From positions 1 to 64,000 of the forward strand of contig JAJPCT020000026.1 in NCBI GenBank assembly GCA_021323375.2: a stretch of DNA of 64,000 nt. The letters run 5' to 3'. Both the position numbers and the translations under genes were made by a program. Position 1 is the first letter of the stretch. Each line of letters opens with the position of its first letter. The notes beneath the pieces were generated by a model that saw nothing but the letters and a program-made list of their open reading frames with translations, was not told the origin of the DNA and searched no databases. This document shows positions 38,165 through 47,804 of this stretch, piece after piece. This stretch comes from Candidatus Wolframiiraptor gerlachensis (GTDB lineage Archaea; Thermoproteota; Nitrososphaeria_A; Caldarchaeales; Wolframiiraptoraceae).

Positions 38165-38715
38165 TTTAGAAGCCTCCTCCTAAGCAGCGGCGGGACTACA
38201 GCTTTTACGACTATTGGTGTTCCAATAAGGATCGGCGGTAGATCGCTTAATGCTAGGAACATTATAGCTGGCCCGAAGGGCGCTACCCCAACCCAGTCAA
38301 AGCCTATGGCGACTATCGGCACCATGATTATGCCCGAGATAAATGAGATGATCATGATCTTGAGGAGACCTTTCGAGCTTAGAGAATCTTCGGGCTTGCA
38401 GAAGAGCCCTGGGATTAGCCCAGTCAAACCGACGCCAATTAAGTCGAATATTGGTGTGGCTGGGTTAAAGTATCCGCCTAGGACGGCCCATAACGTGTTG
38501 CCCAGCGCGCCCGCGAGGAATCCTATCACAGGGCCGAAGAGAACTCCAAAGACGCATGGGAGGAATGCCAAGACCCTCCAGTGAATAGCGCCTGGGATTA
38601 GAGGTATTGGTGCTGTTAGGAGGAAGCCCACACCAGTCACCGCTGCAGCCATAACAGTATAGGCTATGGCTGTCAGGGCATCAGGCCGAGAATATCTTAT
38701 CGCTTCACTGCTCAT
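38152..38715 (-). CDS. ECF transporter substrate-binding S component
   Basis: ~6 TM, FGP..GF..GA.G motif; first gene of S-A-T-PRT operon; ATG at 38715. Confidence 0.85.
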   Translation of the reverse strand: MSSEAIRYSRPDALTAIAYTVMAAAVTGVGFLLTAPIPLIPGAIHWRVLAFLPCVFGVLFGPVIGFLAGALGNTLWAVLGGYFNPATPIFDLIGVGLTGLIPGLFCKPEDSLSSKGLLKIMIISFISGIIMVPIVAIGFDWVGVAPFGPAIMFLALSDLPPILIGTPIVVKAVVPPLLRRRLLKWRL

Positions 38716-38727
38716 GGCGAATGATCC

Positions 38728-38791
38728 TTTACACGAAAATATAAAAATTCTGAGCATTTAGACATACAATTTACACGATAATGTATAAATT
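38728..38791. promoter_or_regulatory. Tandem 22-bp imperfect direct repeat, candidate operator
   Basis: TTTACACGAAAATATAAAAATT (38728-38749) and TTTACACGATAATGTATAAATT (38770-38791), 19/22 identical, 42 bp apart. Confidence 0.6.
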
Positions 38792-39008
38792 CCCTTATAA
38801 GCTGATGAATCAATGGTCAGCACCTGTATACTCTTGCGAGGAAACGTAAACTAGCCTCGAACATCTTCCATACGCTCATTCTGAGAGCAATATTGTTGAG
38901 CTACTTGCGAAATATGGCGTTCTGAGTATGTGTGGGGGCTCTGTATCCTAGATGCTTTAAACATTTAAGAGTATCCGGCTATATGGTTATGTGGCAGTGG
39001 AGTAGGGC

Positions 39009-39596
39009 TTGAGGATTACTGATGAAGTGCTTGTCCGCGAGGTCATGTCAAGTCCAGTGATAGAGTGTAGCTTGGATGAGAGCGCTCAGGAGATTGCTGA
39101 GAAGATGATGAAGTATAAGGTTGGAGCCGTCATCGTTACTTCTGATGATGGCTCGCCGCTCGGGATCATAACCAAGACGGACTTAGTTGAGAAGGTTATC
39201 GCCAAGAATGCGAGGCCCAGCGATGTAAGGGCGAGGGATATAATGTCTACGCCACTCCACACGATAGATCCCGAGGCCAAGATCGAGGATGCTGTCAGGA
39301 AGATGAGCAAGCTCGGCGTCAGCAGGCTGGCCGTGGTCTATAAGAATAAGCTCGCGGGCATAGTAAGCCTCAAGGACATATTACAAGTAACGCCGGAGAT
39401 ACTTGAGATAGTGAAGGAGAACATGAAGATAATGGGTCTCCGCCTTCTCAGGAGAAGCGGTGAAGGATACCTCGAGGGATATTGCGATAGCTGCGGAGAA
39501 TGGTCGGACATGCTACTAAACGTCGAGGGCCAATATTTATGCGAGGACTGTAGGCTTGATCTCCTGAGAAGAAGAGAAGGGGAGAGTGAGGAGTAA
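39009..39596 (+). CDS. CBS-pair protein with C-terminal Zn ribbon
   Basis: Two CBS repeats plus CDSCG...CEDC. Confidence 0.9.
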   Translation: MRITDEVLVREVMSSPVIECSLDESAQEIAEKMMKYKVGAVIVTSDDGSPLGIITKTDLVEKVIAKNARPSDVRARDIMSTPLHTIDPEAKIEDAVRKMSKLGVSRLAVVYKNKLAGIVSLKDILQVTPEILEIVKENMKIMGLRLLRRSGEGYLEGYCDSCGEWSDMLLNVEGQYLCEDCRLDLLRRREGESEE

Positions 39597-39633
39597 TCAA
39601 GGTATTTGAGTCGCCCGAGATCTACGAACCTTA

Positions 39634-40347
39634 ATGATCAGGCTTATCTCGCTTGATGCGTGGAATACTCTACTTAGGCTTGATCTGATAACGAGGGCTA
39701 TTGCTGAGAGGCTGGGCGAGCGGATCGGCATGGATGGGGAATCCATGCTCAGGGTTATGATAAGCGTTTACAGGGGGCTCAAGCCCAAGTGGGCTTCCGG
39801 GATGATCAGCGACTCGGTGATTGTGGATGCCGCTCAGCAGGCGCTCGCCGAGAAGCTCCGCATTCCGCGGGACGTGGTCTCAAGGGCCGTGGAGGACGCC
39901 TTTAGCATAATGGATCCGTGCGAGCTGGTCTACCCTGATGCATGGAGCACCTTAGAGGATTTATCAAGGGAGTTTAGGCTCGCGATAGTCAGCAACGTCT
40001 TCTACTGGCCTGGAAGGCTGACGAAGAGGGTCATAGAGGGCGCAGGGCTCTCGCGATTCCTCGAAGCGCAGCTATACGCGGACGAGGTCGGCATAGGCAA
40101 GCCGGATAGAAGGATATTCATGAAACTATGCGATTCGATGGGGGTCTCGAGCGAGGAGGCGGCGCATGCCGGGGACGAGCTCATGGAGGATATTGGAGGG
40201 GCCATCTCATCCGGGATGAAGGCGATTCTCATAAGACGAAATGCTGAGAAGCCCTTGATAATCGGGGAGCTGGGCCTCGCGATTATACCCAGACTCTCAG
40301 ATCTAGGATATGTCCTGATGATGCTTCAGCAGCGCGCTGAAACATAA
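39634..40347 (+). CDS. HAD-superfamily hydrolase
   Basis: SLDAWNTL, VSN, GKPD..IF, H.GD...ED..GA. Confidence 0.88.
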   Translation: MIRLISLDAWNTLLRLDLITRAIAERLGERIGMDGESMLRVMISVYRGLKPKWASGMISDSVIVDAAQQALAEKLRIPRDVVSRAVEDAFSIMDPCELVYPDAWSTLEDLSREFRLAIVSNVFYWPGRLTKRVIEGAGLSRFLEAQLYADEVGIGKPDRRIFMKLCDSMGVSSEEAAHAGDELMEDIGGAISSGMKAILIRRNAEKPLIIGELGLAIIPRLSDLGYVLMMLQQRAET

Positions 40348-40380
40348 AAGATAGCATCACATCCTTACATTATTGTAGGC

Positions 40381-40848
40381 GTGGGCGTAGAGGGGTCGAG
40401 GAGCTGTAGATTCGTCGCGGATGCCATGCTCAAGAACATAGTCTCATGGCTAAGGATACTCGGATACGATACGATTTACTGGGGTGGGGGTGATAGGGAG
40501 GTTCTAGGCATAGCTGAGGCTGAGGGCCGGGTTATACTCACCATGGATAGGGGCCTAGCGGCGATTGCCGCGAGAAGGGGGCTAAGAGCATTCTTATTCC
40601 AGGAGAACGATATACCCGGGATCCTCGCGAGAATTGCGCGTGAGCTTGGCCTAAGCCTGAGCTTCGACCCGAGACACACAAGATGCCCAGTCTGTAATCA
40701 CCCGCTAAACTTGGAGCATAGGTCTGGCAGGGAGGAGTGGGTTTGCCCCGGATGCGGCAAGAAGTATTGGCGTGGGTCTCACTGGAGGAACATAAGCCGG
40801 ACGCTTGAGGAGGCCAGGAGAAGGCTTTCAAATTCTTCAACAACATGA
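40381..40848 (+). CDS. Mut7-C RNase (PIN-like) domain protein
   Basis: FVADAML...WLR.LG.D, LT.DR, RCP.CN, CP.CGK.YW.GSH. Confidence 0.92.
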   Translation: MGVEGSRSCRFVADAMLKNIVSWLRILGYDTIYWGGGDREVLGIAEAEGRVILTMDRGLAAIAARRGLRAFLFQENDIPGILARIARELGLSLSFDPRHTRCPVCNHPLNLEHRSGREEWVCPGCGKKYWRGSHWRNISRTLEEARRRLSNSSTT

Positions 40849-40894
40849 CGCTCGCGGAATTTTAAATATCTAGGATGAGGCTTATCTCGATGGT

Positions 40895-41509
40895 ATGGAG
40901 AGGCTCAGCCTAAGTGAGGGCACATATCTTGTGAAGCTTGCTAGAAAGACGATAGAGGTTTATCTCTCCGGGAAGATGCCGGCTCCACCCGATGATGCTC
41001 CCGAGAAGATTAGGAGGAAGCAGGGCGTCTTCGTAACCCTCTACACCTATCCGGAGAGGGAGTTGAGGGGCTGTATAGGGATCCCGCTGCCCGAATACCC
41101 GCTGATAGAGGCAACCATGAGGGCTGCGATAGCATCAGCGACCGAGGATCCCAGGTTCCCGTCGGTCTCCCTCGAGGAGATGTCGAGCATAATCGTGGAG
41201 GTTAGCGTGCTAACGCCGCCCGAGGAGATAAAGTTCACGGATCCAAAAGAGCTCCCGAACATGATAAGGATAGGAGAGGATGGCCTGATAATTGAAGCGG
41301 GCATCTATAGCGGCCTCCTACTCCCGCAGGTTCCAGTAGAATATGGCTGGTCGCCCGAGGAGTATCTCATGCATCTCTGCATTAAGGCCGGCCTCGCGCC
41401 CACATACTGGCTTACCGGCAAGATGAGGCTATACAGGTTCTCTGCGCAAGTATTCGAGGAGGAGTCTCCTAAGGGCAGGGTTATCGAGAGAAGTTTAGGA
41501 AGATGTTGA
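40895..41509 (+). CDS. AMMECR1 family protein (TIGR00296)
   Basis: GVFVTL, LRGCIG, EDPRF, EVSVLT, GLLLPQV, C.KAG. Confidence 0.94.
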   Translation: MERLSLSEGTYLVKLARKTIEVYLSGKMPAPPDDAPEKIRRKQGVFVTLYTYPERELRGCIGIPLPEYPLIEATMRAAIASATEDPRFPSVSLEEMSSIIVEVSVLTPPEEIKFTDPKELPNMIRIGEDGLIIEAGIYSGLLLPQVPVEYGWSPEEYLMHLCIKAGLAPTYWLTGKMRLYRFSAQVFEEESPKGRVIERSLGRC

Positions 41510-41528
41510 TGTGGAAAGGTAGCGTGAA

Positions 41529-42674
41529 ATGCCGCCCCGCAGAATACACCTTGGAATATGCGGTATAGGTTATGGACATGCCGCGAGATCGCTGATTATA
41601 CTACGTGAGCTGGAGAGACGCGGCTTCACGATAACCGTCTCCTCCTACGGCGATGGCCTGAGATATCTAATATCTGCTGGAGTTAATGCGCTGCCATCGC
41701 CGCCGGTATCCTATGGTGTGCTGCCCGAAGGCAAGGTCAGCATAAAGATGACCATTTTCCGAAACATCACGCTTCCGATCAGGTTTTTGGAGCAGCTATC
41801 CTGCGAGCTTGGCTATGCCGAGGATGCGGACCTAGTCTTATCAGACTCGAGAGTATCCACGACGCTGGCCGGAAAGATCCTCGGGAAGCCAACATTCACG
41901 ATACTCAACCAATTCAACATAAGGATAGAGTACCCCCGGTATCGGAGGCTGATAGAGATTCTCGAGGCGGCTTGCTATGCTCCTGGGGAGATTTGGGGAC
42001 TCAGCAACGAGATCCTAATAGCGGATTATCCCCCGCCATACACGATCTCGAAGTGGAATCTTGTCATCCCGGATAGGTTTCTCGAGAAGACCAGCTTCAT
42101 AGGCCCAGTTATCGAGAGGCTTGAGAAGAATCCGCGGAGAGATGAACTTTGCGAGATGTATGGCTTGGATCCGAGAGGCGGCCCGATAATATTCTATCAT
42201 GCCAGCGGCCCAGCTTATGAGCGGAGGATTTTGACGAGGCAGATACTGCCAATACTCGATGAGATCGCTAGGGAGTATCAGGTCATAGCGACACTCGGCG
42301 GCGATGAGCCCGGGTATGCTGCCGAGCGCGTGAGGGTTTACCGATGGGTGGATGATCCGATGAGGATATTCGCGATCTCGGATCTGGTTATCTGCAGGGC
42401 TGGGCAGACGACGCTGGCCAAGGCCCTCGCATCTGGGAAGCCCGTGATAATGATACCGATACCAGCGCATGGTGAGCAGCTTGGCAATGCATTATCGGTC
42501 GCCGAGTCCGGCGCGGGCATAATCCTCGAGCAGGATAAGCTCTCACGTGAGACGCTTGAATCAGCGATAAGAAGAATCCTGTTGGATGAATCTTTTCGGG
42601 AAAGCGCGGAGGAGTATCGAAAACTCCACATGAGACTTAATCCGATCGAACAGATCTGCTCGAGAATTTCTTGA
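41529..42674 (+). CDS. GT-B glycosyltransferase (MurG/MJ1255-like)
   Basis: G.G.GHA.R, CRAG.TT, GKP.I.IP...H.EQ..NA. Confidence 0.85.
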   Translation: MPPRRIHLGICGIGYGHAARSLIILRELERRGFTITVSSYGDGLRYLISAGVNALPSPPVSYGVLPEGKVSIKMTIFRNITLPIRFLEQLSCELGYAEDADLVLSDSRVSTTLAGKILGKPTFTILNQFNIRIEYPRYRRLIEILEAACYAPGEIWGLSNEILIADYPPPYTISKWNLVIPDRFLEKTSFIGPVIERLEKNPRRDELCEMYGLDPRGGPIIFYHASGPAYERRILTRQILPILDEIAREYQVIATLGGDEPGYAAERVRVYRWVDDPMRIFAISDLVICRAGQTTLAKALASGKPVIMIPIPAHGEQLGNALSVAESGAGIILEQDKLSRETLESAIRRILLDESFRESAEEYRKLHMRLNPIEQICSRIS

Positions 42675-42736
42675 AAATATTGCGGGAAAACCTTTATCTC
42701 ATGGGGCCTCTATTCTTTCTACAAGGAAGGTGGTAG

Positions 42737-43228
42737 ATGAGTAGTAGGCCTAAAATCTCCTCCTCCGTAACGCCTGAGATGATTACTGGGATCGTTAATG
42801 TTATCTTCGATCACGGGGGCAAGGTGGATATAGCCCGGATAGCAATCAATCTCCAGAGCGATGTTGATGAGCTCCTCCCAGTAATAGACGTGGCAGAAGC
42901 CCTAGGCCTCGTGAAGGTGGAGAATGGAGACATAGCGCTCACGGAGCTCGGCAGGAAATTTGTGAAGGCAAGGCCGGATCAAAAGAAGCTCATTCTAAGG
43001 GATGCTCTGAGGAATGTCGAGCCATTCGCCACGATATTCAAACTCGTTGAAGAGAGGGAGGAGTTCACGGCCGAGGAGCTCTTCGAGGAGATCTCGGAGA
43101 TAAGCGGGCTTAGCGAGGAATACAGGGACCCGGAGGAGATTCACCGCATGCTCTTAGAATGGCTACTATACACAGAGCTCGTCGAGTATAATGGAGAGGA
43201 GAAGACGTTCAAGGTAAAGAAGAGCTAG
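42737..43228 (+). CDS. Stand-alone AAA-associated (ABC ATPase C-terminal) winged-helix domain protein
   Basis: GG..DI..IA....DVDELLPV...AE.LGL.....GD..LT..G..F. Confidence 0.75.
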   Translation: MSSRPKISSSVTPEMITGIVNVIFDHGGKVDIARIAINLQSDVDELLPVIDVAEALGLVKVENGDIALTELGRKFVKARPDQKKLILRDALRNVEPFATIFKLVEEREEFTAEELFEEISEISGLSEEYRDPEEIHRMLLEWLLYTELVEYNGEEKTFKVKKS

Positions 43229-44001
43229 CTTAGAAGGGTGTAGATCTCGTCAACATACTTGTAGAACTCTGGGCTCCTCCTCTGCCTCGGTCTATCGAGA
43301 TCGACCTCGACTACCCCGGCGATCTTAGCCGGCCTCTTCGTCAGGACTATTATCCTGTCGCATAGCTCCACGAGCTCCTCTATATCGTGGCTCACCATGA
43401 CGACGGAGCTCGGCGGCATGCTCTGATTCAGCCAGAGGGACTCCACCTCCCTCCTCAGCGATATTGCTGTCAGCGGGTCTAGATTGCTGAATGGCTCATC
43501 CATTAGGAGGAGATCCGGCTGAGAGACTAGGGCGCGGGCTAGCGCGACTCTAGCCTTCATCCCGCCGCTCAGCTCCGCGGGATACGCGGACTCGAAGGCC
43601 GTTAAGCCAACCATATCCAGAAACACCCTCGCCCTTTCAATCTTATCATTCTCACTCAGATCCTTCTCATGGATTAATGCCAGCATGACGTTCTCGAGAA
43701 CGGTATACCATGGGAAGAGGGCTGGGCTCTGAAACATTATCCCAATCCTCGGCGTCGGCTTCTTGAGCGGCTTGCCCCTAAAGAGGACCTCACCCTTCTC
43801 GGGCTTAATGAGGCCCGCCATTATCCTGATTAGCGTGCTCTTGCCGCATCCACTCGGCCCAGCTATCCCAATAAACTCCGCGTATTTCACGTCTAGGGAG
43901 AGGTCATCAAAGATCCTGATATTCTCGCCCTTCCTCAGCCTATATCCGAAGACTATGTTCCTGAGTTCCAGTATCGGCTCCTTGATGCTGGGTCCATTCA
44001 T
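43225..44001 (-). CDS. NitT/TauT-family ABC transporter ATPase
   Basis: GPSGCGKST, FQ..ALFPW.TV.EN, YP.ELSGGM, DEPFS.LD. Confidence 0.92.
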   Translation of the reverse strand: MNGPSIKEPILELRNIVFGYRLRKGENIRIFDDLSLDVKYAEFIGIAGPSGCGKSTLIRIMAGLIKPEKGEVLFRGKPLKKPTPRIGIMFQSPALFPWYTVLENVMLALIHEKDLSENDKIERARVFLDMVGLTAFESAYPAELSGGMKARVALARALVSQPDLLLMDEPFSNLDPLTAISLRREVESLWLNQSMPPSSVVMVSHDIEELVELCDRIIVLTKRPAKIAGVVEVDLDRPRQRRSPEFYKYVDEIYTLLS

Positions 44002-45572
44002 TACGCAACACCAACCATCTTCACGGCCTTCTCGTATAGCCTCCTCCATAAGAGCCTATTCAGGAGGACTATGAAGCCCGCCATCCAGATTGTCGCGGCG
44101 ATTAGGAGGGCGAGGTCCCCCTCATCCACGGCTATGCTGAGCATCCTCCCTATGCCGGGGCTCCCAAGGTCCCACGTGAATTCTCCCAAGATCGCGCGCT
44201 CAGCTATTACCAAGGTGTTCCACCCGCCGCCGAAGCAGACTATGAGCCCCATGATAAGCGATGGAAGCATCCTGGGGAGATAGAGGTGTCTGAGCTTCTG
44301 CAGCCTAGTCATCGCGAGGGCCTTACAAACCTCCTCCTCCTCATACGGTATGCCTCTCAGACCATCCAGTAGGAAGAAGAGGAGATACCATTGTGTTCCG
44401 AGGAGTATCATGAGGAGCGCGCCTAGCTCGAGTGGGAGCCCTAGATCCACGACGGCCTTCGCGATTAGCGGGAGGATGAGTGTCGCCGGGAAGGATGCTA
44501 TTATCTGGAATAGCGGTATCAGGATCTTCTCAAGCATCCCCTTCTCATAGATTAGGATCGCGACTGGCAGTGTCCAGAGGAGGGCGAAGGCCACGGCGGC
44601 GGAGACGCGGGCTAGCGAAAACCCGATCATCACGAGGGGATCCACCACGCCCAGTCTTTGAAATGCCTCCACTATATCCTGGGCCCAGGCTAGCGTGACC
44701 CCGGCCGAGACCCTTCCCGAGATACTATGTCCTAGAAGCGTGACCACGACAGCTAGCGCGGTGATCAGCAGGATCCTCGGGGCCCCGGATGGAATCCTCA
44801 GCTCGAATAATGTGATTCGGGGGCTTAAGCTGAATGATATCCGCCTTGCCATGCGTGATAGCCACCCTGAGACCCTCTCGATCCAGACTCTAGGTATCTC
44901 AGCCGCCCTCTCCTCGAACTTGTATCTCTCGCTAAGCCTCATCACGGGAATGAAGACGAGAAGATTCGTGAGAATAACGGCGGCGACGACCACGACCAAG
45001 CTGGCTATGAACTCGATCACCCTCCCAGCCATGATATAGCTCGTCGAGAGCGTTCCTATCCCGAAGAGGCTCCACTCGGCCTCCCCTATCGTGATTATCT
45101 CGCAGGCGACGAGAAAATATAGCCCATTGGCCCATGATGGTGGAAGGTTGCTGGCTATGCCGGGGAAAGCCGCCGGGATATAGAGGCTGGACAGCCTCCT
45201 CCATAGGCCTAAATCTAGGGCGTTAGAGGCCTCCAAGAGCTCCGGGGGTATTAGCCTCACGCTCTTATAGACCCCGAATGCTATGTTCCATGCCTGGCTC
45301 GTGAATATTAGGAAGATTGCGGCGAGCTCCGGCCCTATGACTGGGTGAATAATTATGAACACGTATAATGCTATTGGGAAGAAGCTGAGGATTGGGATTG
45401 ACTGGAGTATATCAAGGGCTGGAATTACGATCTTCTCCACCACCCTGTTAACGGCGGCGGGGATCCCAACACATAGGGAGAAGATTATTGAGACGATAAG
45501 GGCCACCGTCATCCTAGCCCATGACATCCCTACAGCCGCTAGGATCGTGAGCAGCTCCTCTAGGATAGCCAA
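44001..45572 (-). CDS. NitT/TauT-family ABC permease with duplicated TM domains
   Basis: LDILQSIPIL.F.P, FTSQAWN, GGGWN..V.AE. Confidence 0.9.
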   Translation of the reverse strand: MAILEELLTILAAVGMSWARMTVALIVSIIFSLCVGIPAAVNRVVEKIVIPALDILQSIPILSFFPIALYVFIIIHPVIGPELAAIFLIFTSQAWNIAFGVYKSVRLIPPELLEASNALDLGLWRRLSSLYIPAAFPGIASNLPPSWANGLYFLVACEIITIGEAEWSLFGIGTLSTSYIMAGRVIEFIASLVVVVAAVILTNLLVFIPVMRLSERYKFEERAAEIPRVWIERVSGWLSRMARRISFSLSPRITLFELRIPSGAPRILLITALAVVVTLLGHSISGRVSAGVTLAWAQDIVEAFQRLGVVDPLVMIGFSLARVSAAVAFALLWTLPVAILIYEKGMLEKILIPLFQIIASFPATLILPLIAKAVVDLGLPLELGALLMILLGTQWYLLFFLLDGLRGIPYEEEEVCKALAMTRLQKLRHLYLPRMLPSLIMGLIVCFGGGWNTLVIAERAILGEFTWDLGSPGIGRMLSIAVDEGDLALLIAATIWMAGFIVLLNRLLWRRLYEKAVKMVGVA

Positions 45573-45626
45573 GCCCTCGTCAGAATCTTTACAAATGCAT
45601 GTCTTCTAGAAATGGGTTTCCAGGGG

Positions 45627-46067
45627 CTAGAGATGCCTCCTGATCATCTCCTCTATCGCGGGTCTTGGCCTAGCGCCGATCATCATCTCCACGGGCCTCC
45701 CTCTCTTGAACATGATGAGCGTTGGTATGCTCATGATCCCGAATCTCATAGCGAGTCCCCTATTTCTATCAACATCCACCTTCACCACAGCGAGCCTCCC
45801 CGCATAATCCCTCGCTATCTCATCCAGTATTGGGGCTATCATGCGGCAGGGCCCACACCATTCAGCCCAAAAATCCACTAAGACGAGATCATGAGACCTG
45901 ATGAACTCGTCAAACTCTTCCTCATCTAAGTGGATCGGCTTCGAATATTCTGTAAGCTTTTCGGCTTGGGTTTTATCGGCCCCGCTCATCAACCTCTTTA
46001 GCTTCTCATACTTTAACCTCTCAAGCTCCCAGTCTTCCGGCATACAATGTCTCCGCATGGTAACCAT
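45627..46067 (-). CDS. trxA: Thioredoxin
   Basis: DFWAEWCGPC, SIPTL. Confidence 0.95.
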   Translation of the reverse strand: MVTMRRHCMPEDWELERLKYEKLKRLMSGADKTQAEKLTEYSKPIHLDEEEFDEFIRSHDLVLVDFWAEWCGPCRMIAPILDEIARDYAGRLAVVKVDVDRNRGLAMRFGIMSIPTLIMFKRGRPVEMMIGARPRPAIEEMIRRHL

Positions 46068-46130
46068 CTAATAAATATGGGCTAGCCTCGAAAGGTTCAT
46101 TTAATGGGTCTCGGCGGCGTTTAGTGAAAA

Positions 46131-47798
46131 ATGCCAGCTCTCACTGTGAGGAAACAGCGTTTCTGGAGCCTTCTCGGAAGAGAGCTGAGTGATGAGGAGC
46201 TTTCAAACCTCCTCCACGACCTCGGCCTTGATGTTGAGGAGATTACAGACGAGTATTTCAGGGTCGAGTATAACCCGAATAGGCCGGATTTCTCGAGCCC
46301 TGTGGGTATTGCGAGGGCGGCGAGGGGCCTCCTCGGGATATCGGTAGGAGCTCCGAGATACAGGCCTAGGCCTGCTAGGACGTATATTGAGGTTGATCCT
46401 AGGCTTAGGGATGTAAGACCCTATGTAGCCGCCGCGATAGTCAGGGGGCTGAAGCTGGGAACCGAGGAGCTTGGGGAGCTGATAGCAATGCAGGAGGATC
46501 TTCACTGGATCCTCGGAAGGGATAGGGCAAAGGTCGCGATAGGGCTCCACGACCATTCCGCGGTCAAGCCCCCATTCAAGTATGTCGCGGCGAGGGGTGA
46601 CGAATACAAGTTTATACCTCTGGGCGGATACTCCCCCATGACGCTCGACGAGATACTAGAGAGGCATGAGAAGGGGATCCGATACGCCCACATCCTGAGG
46701 GGGAAGCCATTCTACCCCTTGATACTGGATTCCTTGAATCGGGTCCTCTCCTTCCCGCCGATAATAAACTCTAGGCTGACGGAGCTTAGCGAGAAGACCA
46801 CGGACATATTCATCGACGTGACAGGCACTGATTTCAAGGCAGTCATTCACACGATAAACATACTCACGACGACAATGGCTGATATGGGCGGCGTGGTTGA
46901 GCGCGTCAAGGTTAAGTATCCAGACAGGATCATATCAACGCCCATCTATAAGACGAGGAGATGGAGGGTGAGGAGGAGCAGCGTGAATGAGACCCTTGGC
47001 CTCGAGCTGAAAAGCATCGACATAGTCAGGGCACTGAGAAGAATGAGGCATGATGCCAGGGCTAGGGGGGAGGTGATAGAGGTTGTCCCGCCGCCATATA
47101 GGCCCGACATAATGCATGAGGTCGACCTGATAGAGGATGTGGCGATGGGCATAGGCTATGGTAACCTTGAGCCAACCCAGCCCCATATATTGATGTATGG
47201 AGGGCTTCACCCCGATACGGTGCTGGAGGATCTGGCTAGGGAGATAATGATAGGTCTCGGCTTTACGGAGGTCATGAACTTCACCTTAACAAACGTCGAG
47301 AATGAGTATGTCAAGATGTGTGTTCAGCCTCATACGCATATCAAGCTCAAGAACCCTGTCTCACAGGAATACTCGATCCTAAGAACATGGGTTCTACCAA
47401 GCCTCATGAAGACCCTCGCCCTGAATGTTAAGGCATTATATCCGCAGAGGATATTCGAGATAGGGGATGTCGTCCATCCCGATCCATCTAGGCCGGAGAA
47501 GGCTTCTAGGAGGCTTAGGCTGGCCGCGGCCTCCTCACATTCAGAGGCATCATACTCTGAGATTAAGTCGGTGGTTGAGGAGATCTTGAGGAATCTTGGC
47601 GTGGAGGGGTGGGATCTAAGCCCACTGGATTCTATGCCGTTCATAGAGGGTAGGGCGGCTCAGATAATATGGGGCGGCGACGCGCTGGGATTCCTCGGCG
47701 AGATCCACCCGGAGGTCCTAACAAACTGGAGGCTGAGCATGCCGACGGCGGCGATGGAACTTGATCTTAGCCTTTTGGCCAAGAAGCTTGGACGGTGA
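46131..47798 (+). CDS. pheT: Phenylalanine--tRNA ligase beta subunit
   Basis: NRPD, QE.LH...GR.R.KVAIG.HD, SFPPIINS, YR.DI.H.VD.IED, GEIHP. Confidence 0.96.
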   Translation: MPALTVRKQRFWSLLGRELSDEELSNLLHDLGLDVEEITDEYFRVEYNPNRPDFSSPVGIARAARGLLGISVGAPRYRPRPARTYIEVDPRLRDVRPYVAAAIVRGLKLGTEELGELIAMQEDLHWILGRDRAKVAIGLHDHSAVKPPFKYVAARGDEYKFIPLGGYSPMTLDEILERHEKGIRYAHILRGKPFYPLILDSLNRVLSFPPIINSRLTELSEKTTDIFIDVTGTDFKAVIHTINILTTTMADMGGVVERVKVKYPDRIISTPIYKTRRWRVRRSSVNETLGLELKSIDIVRALRRMRHDARARGEVIEVVPPPYRPDIMHEVDLIEDVAMGIGYGNLEPTQPHILMYGGLHPDTVLEDLAREIMIGLGFTEVMNFTLTNVENEYVKMCVQPHTHIKLKNPVSQEYSILRTWVLPSLMKTLALNVKALYPQRIFEIGDVVHPDPSRPEKASRRLRLAAASSHSEASYSEIKSVVEEILRNLGVEGWDLSPLDSMPFIEGRAAQIIWGGDALGFLGEIHPEVLTNWRLSMPTAAMELDLSLLAKKLGR

Positions 47799-47804
47799 GG
47801 ATTC

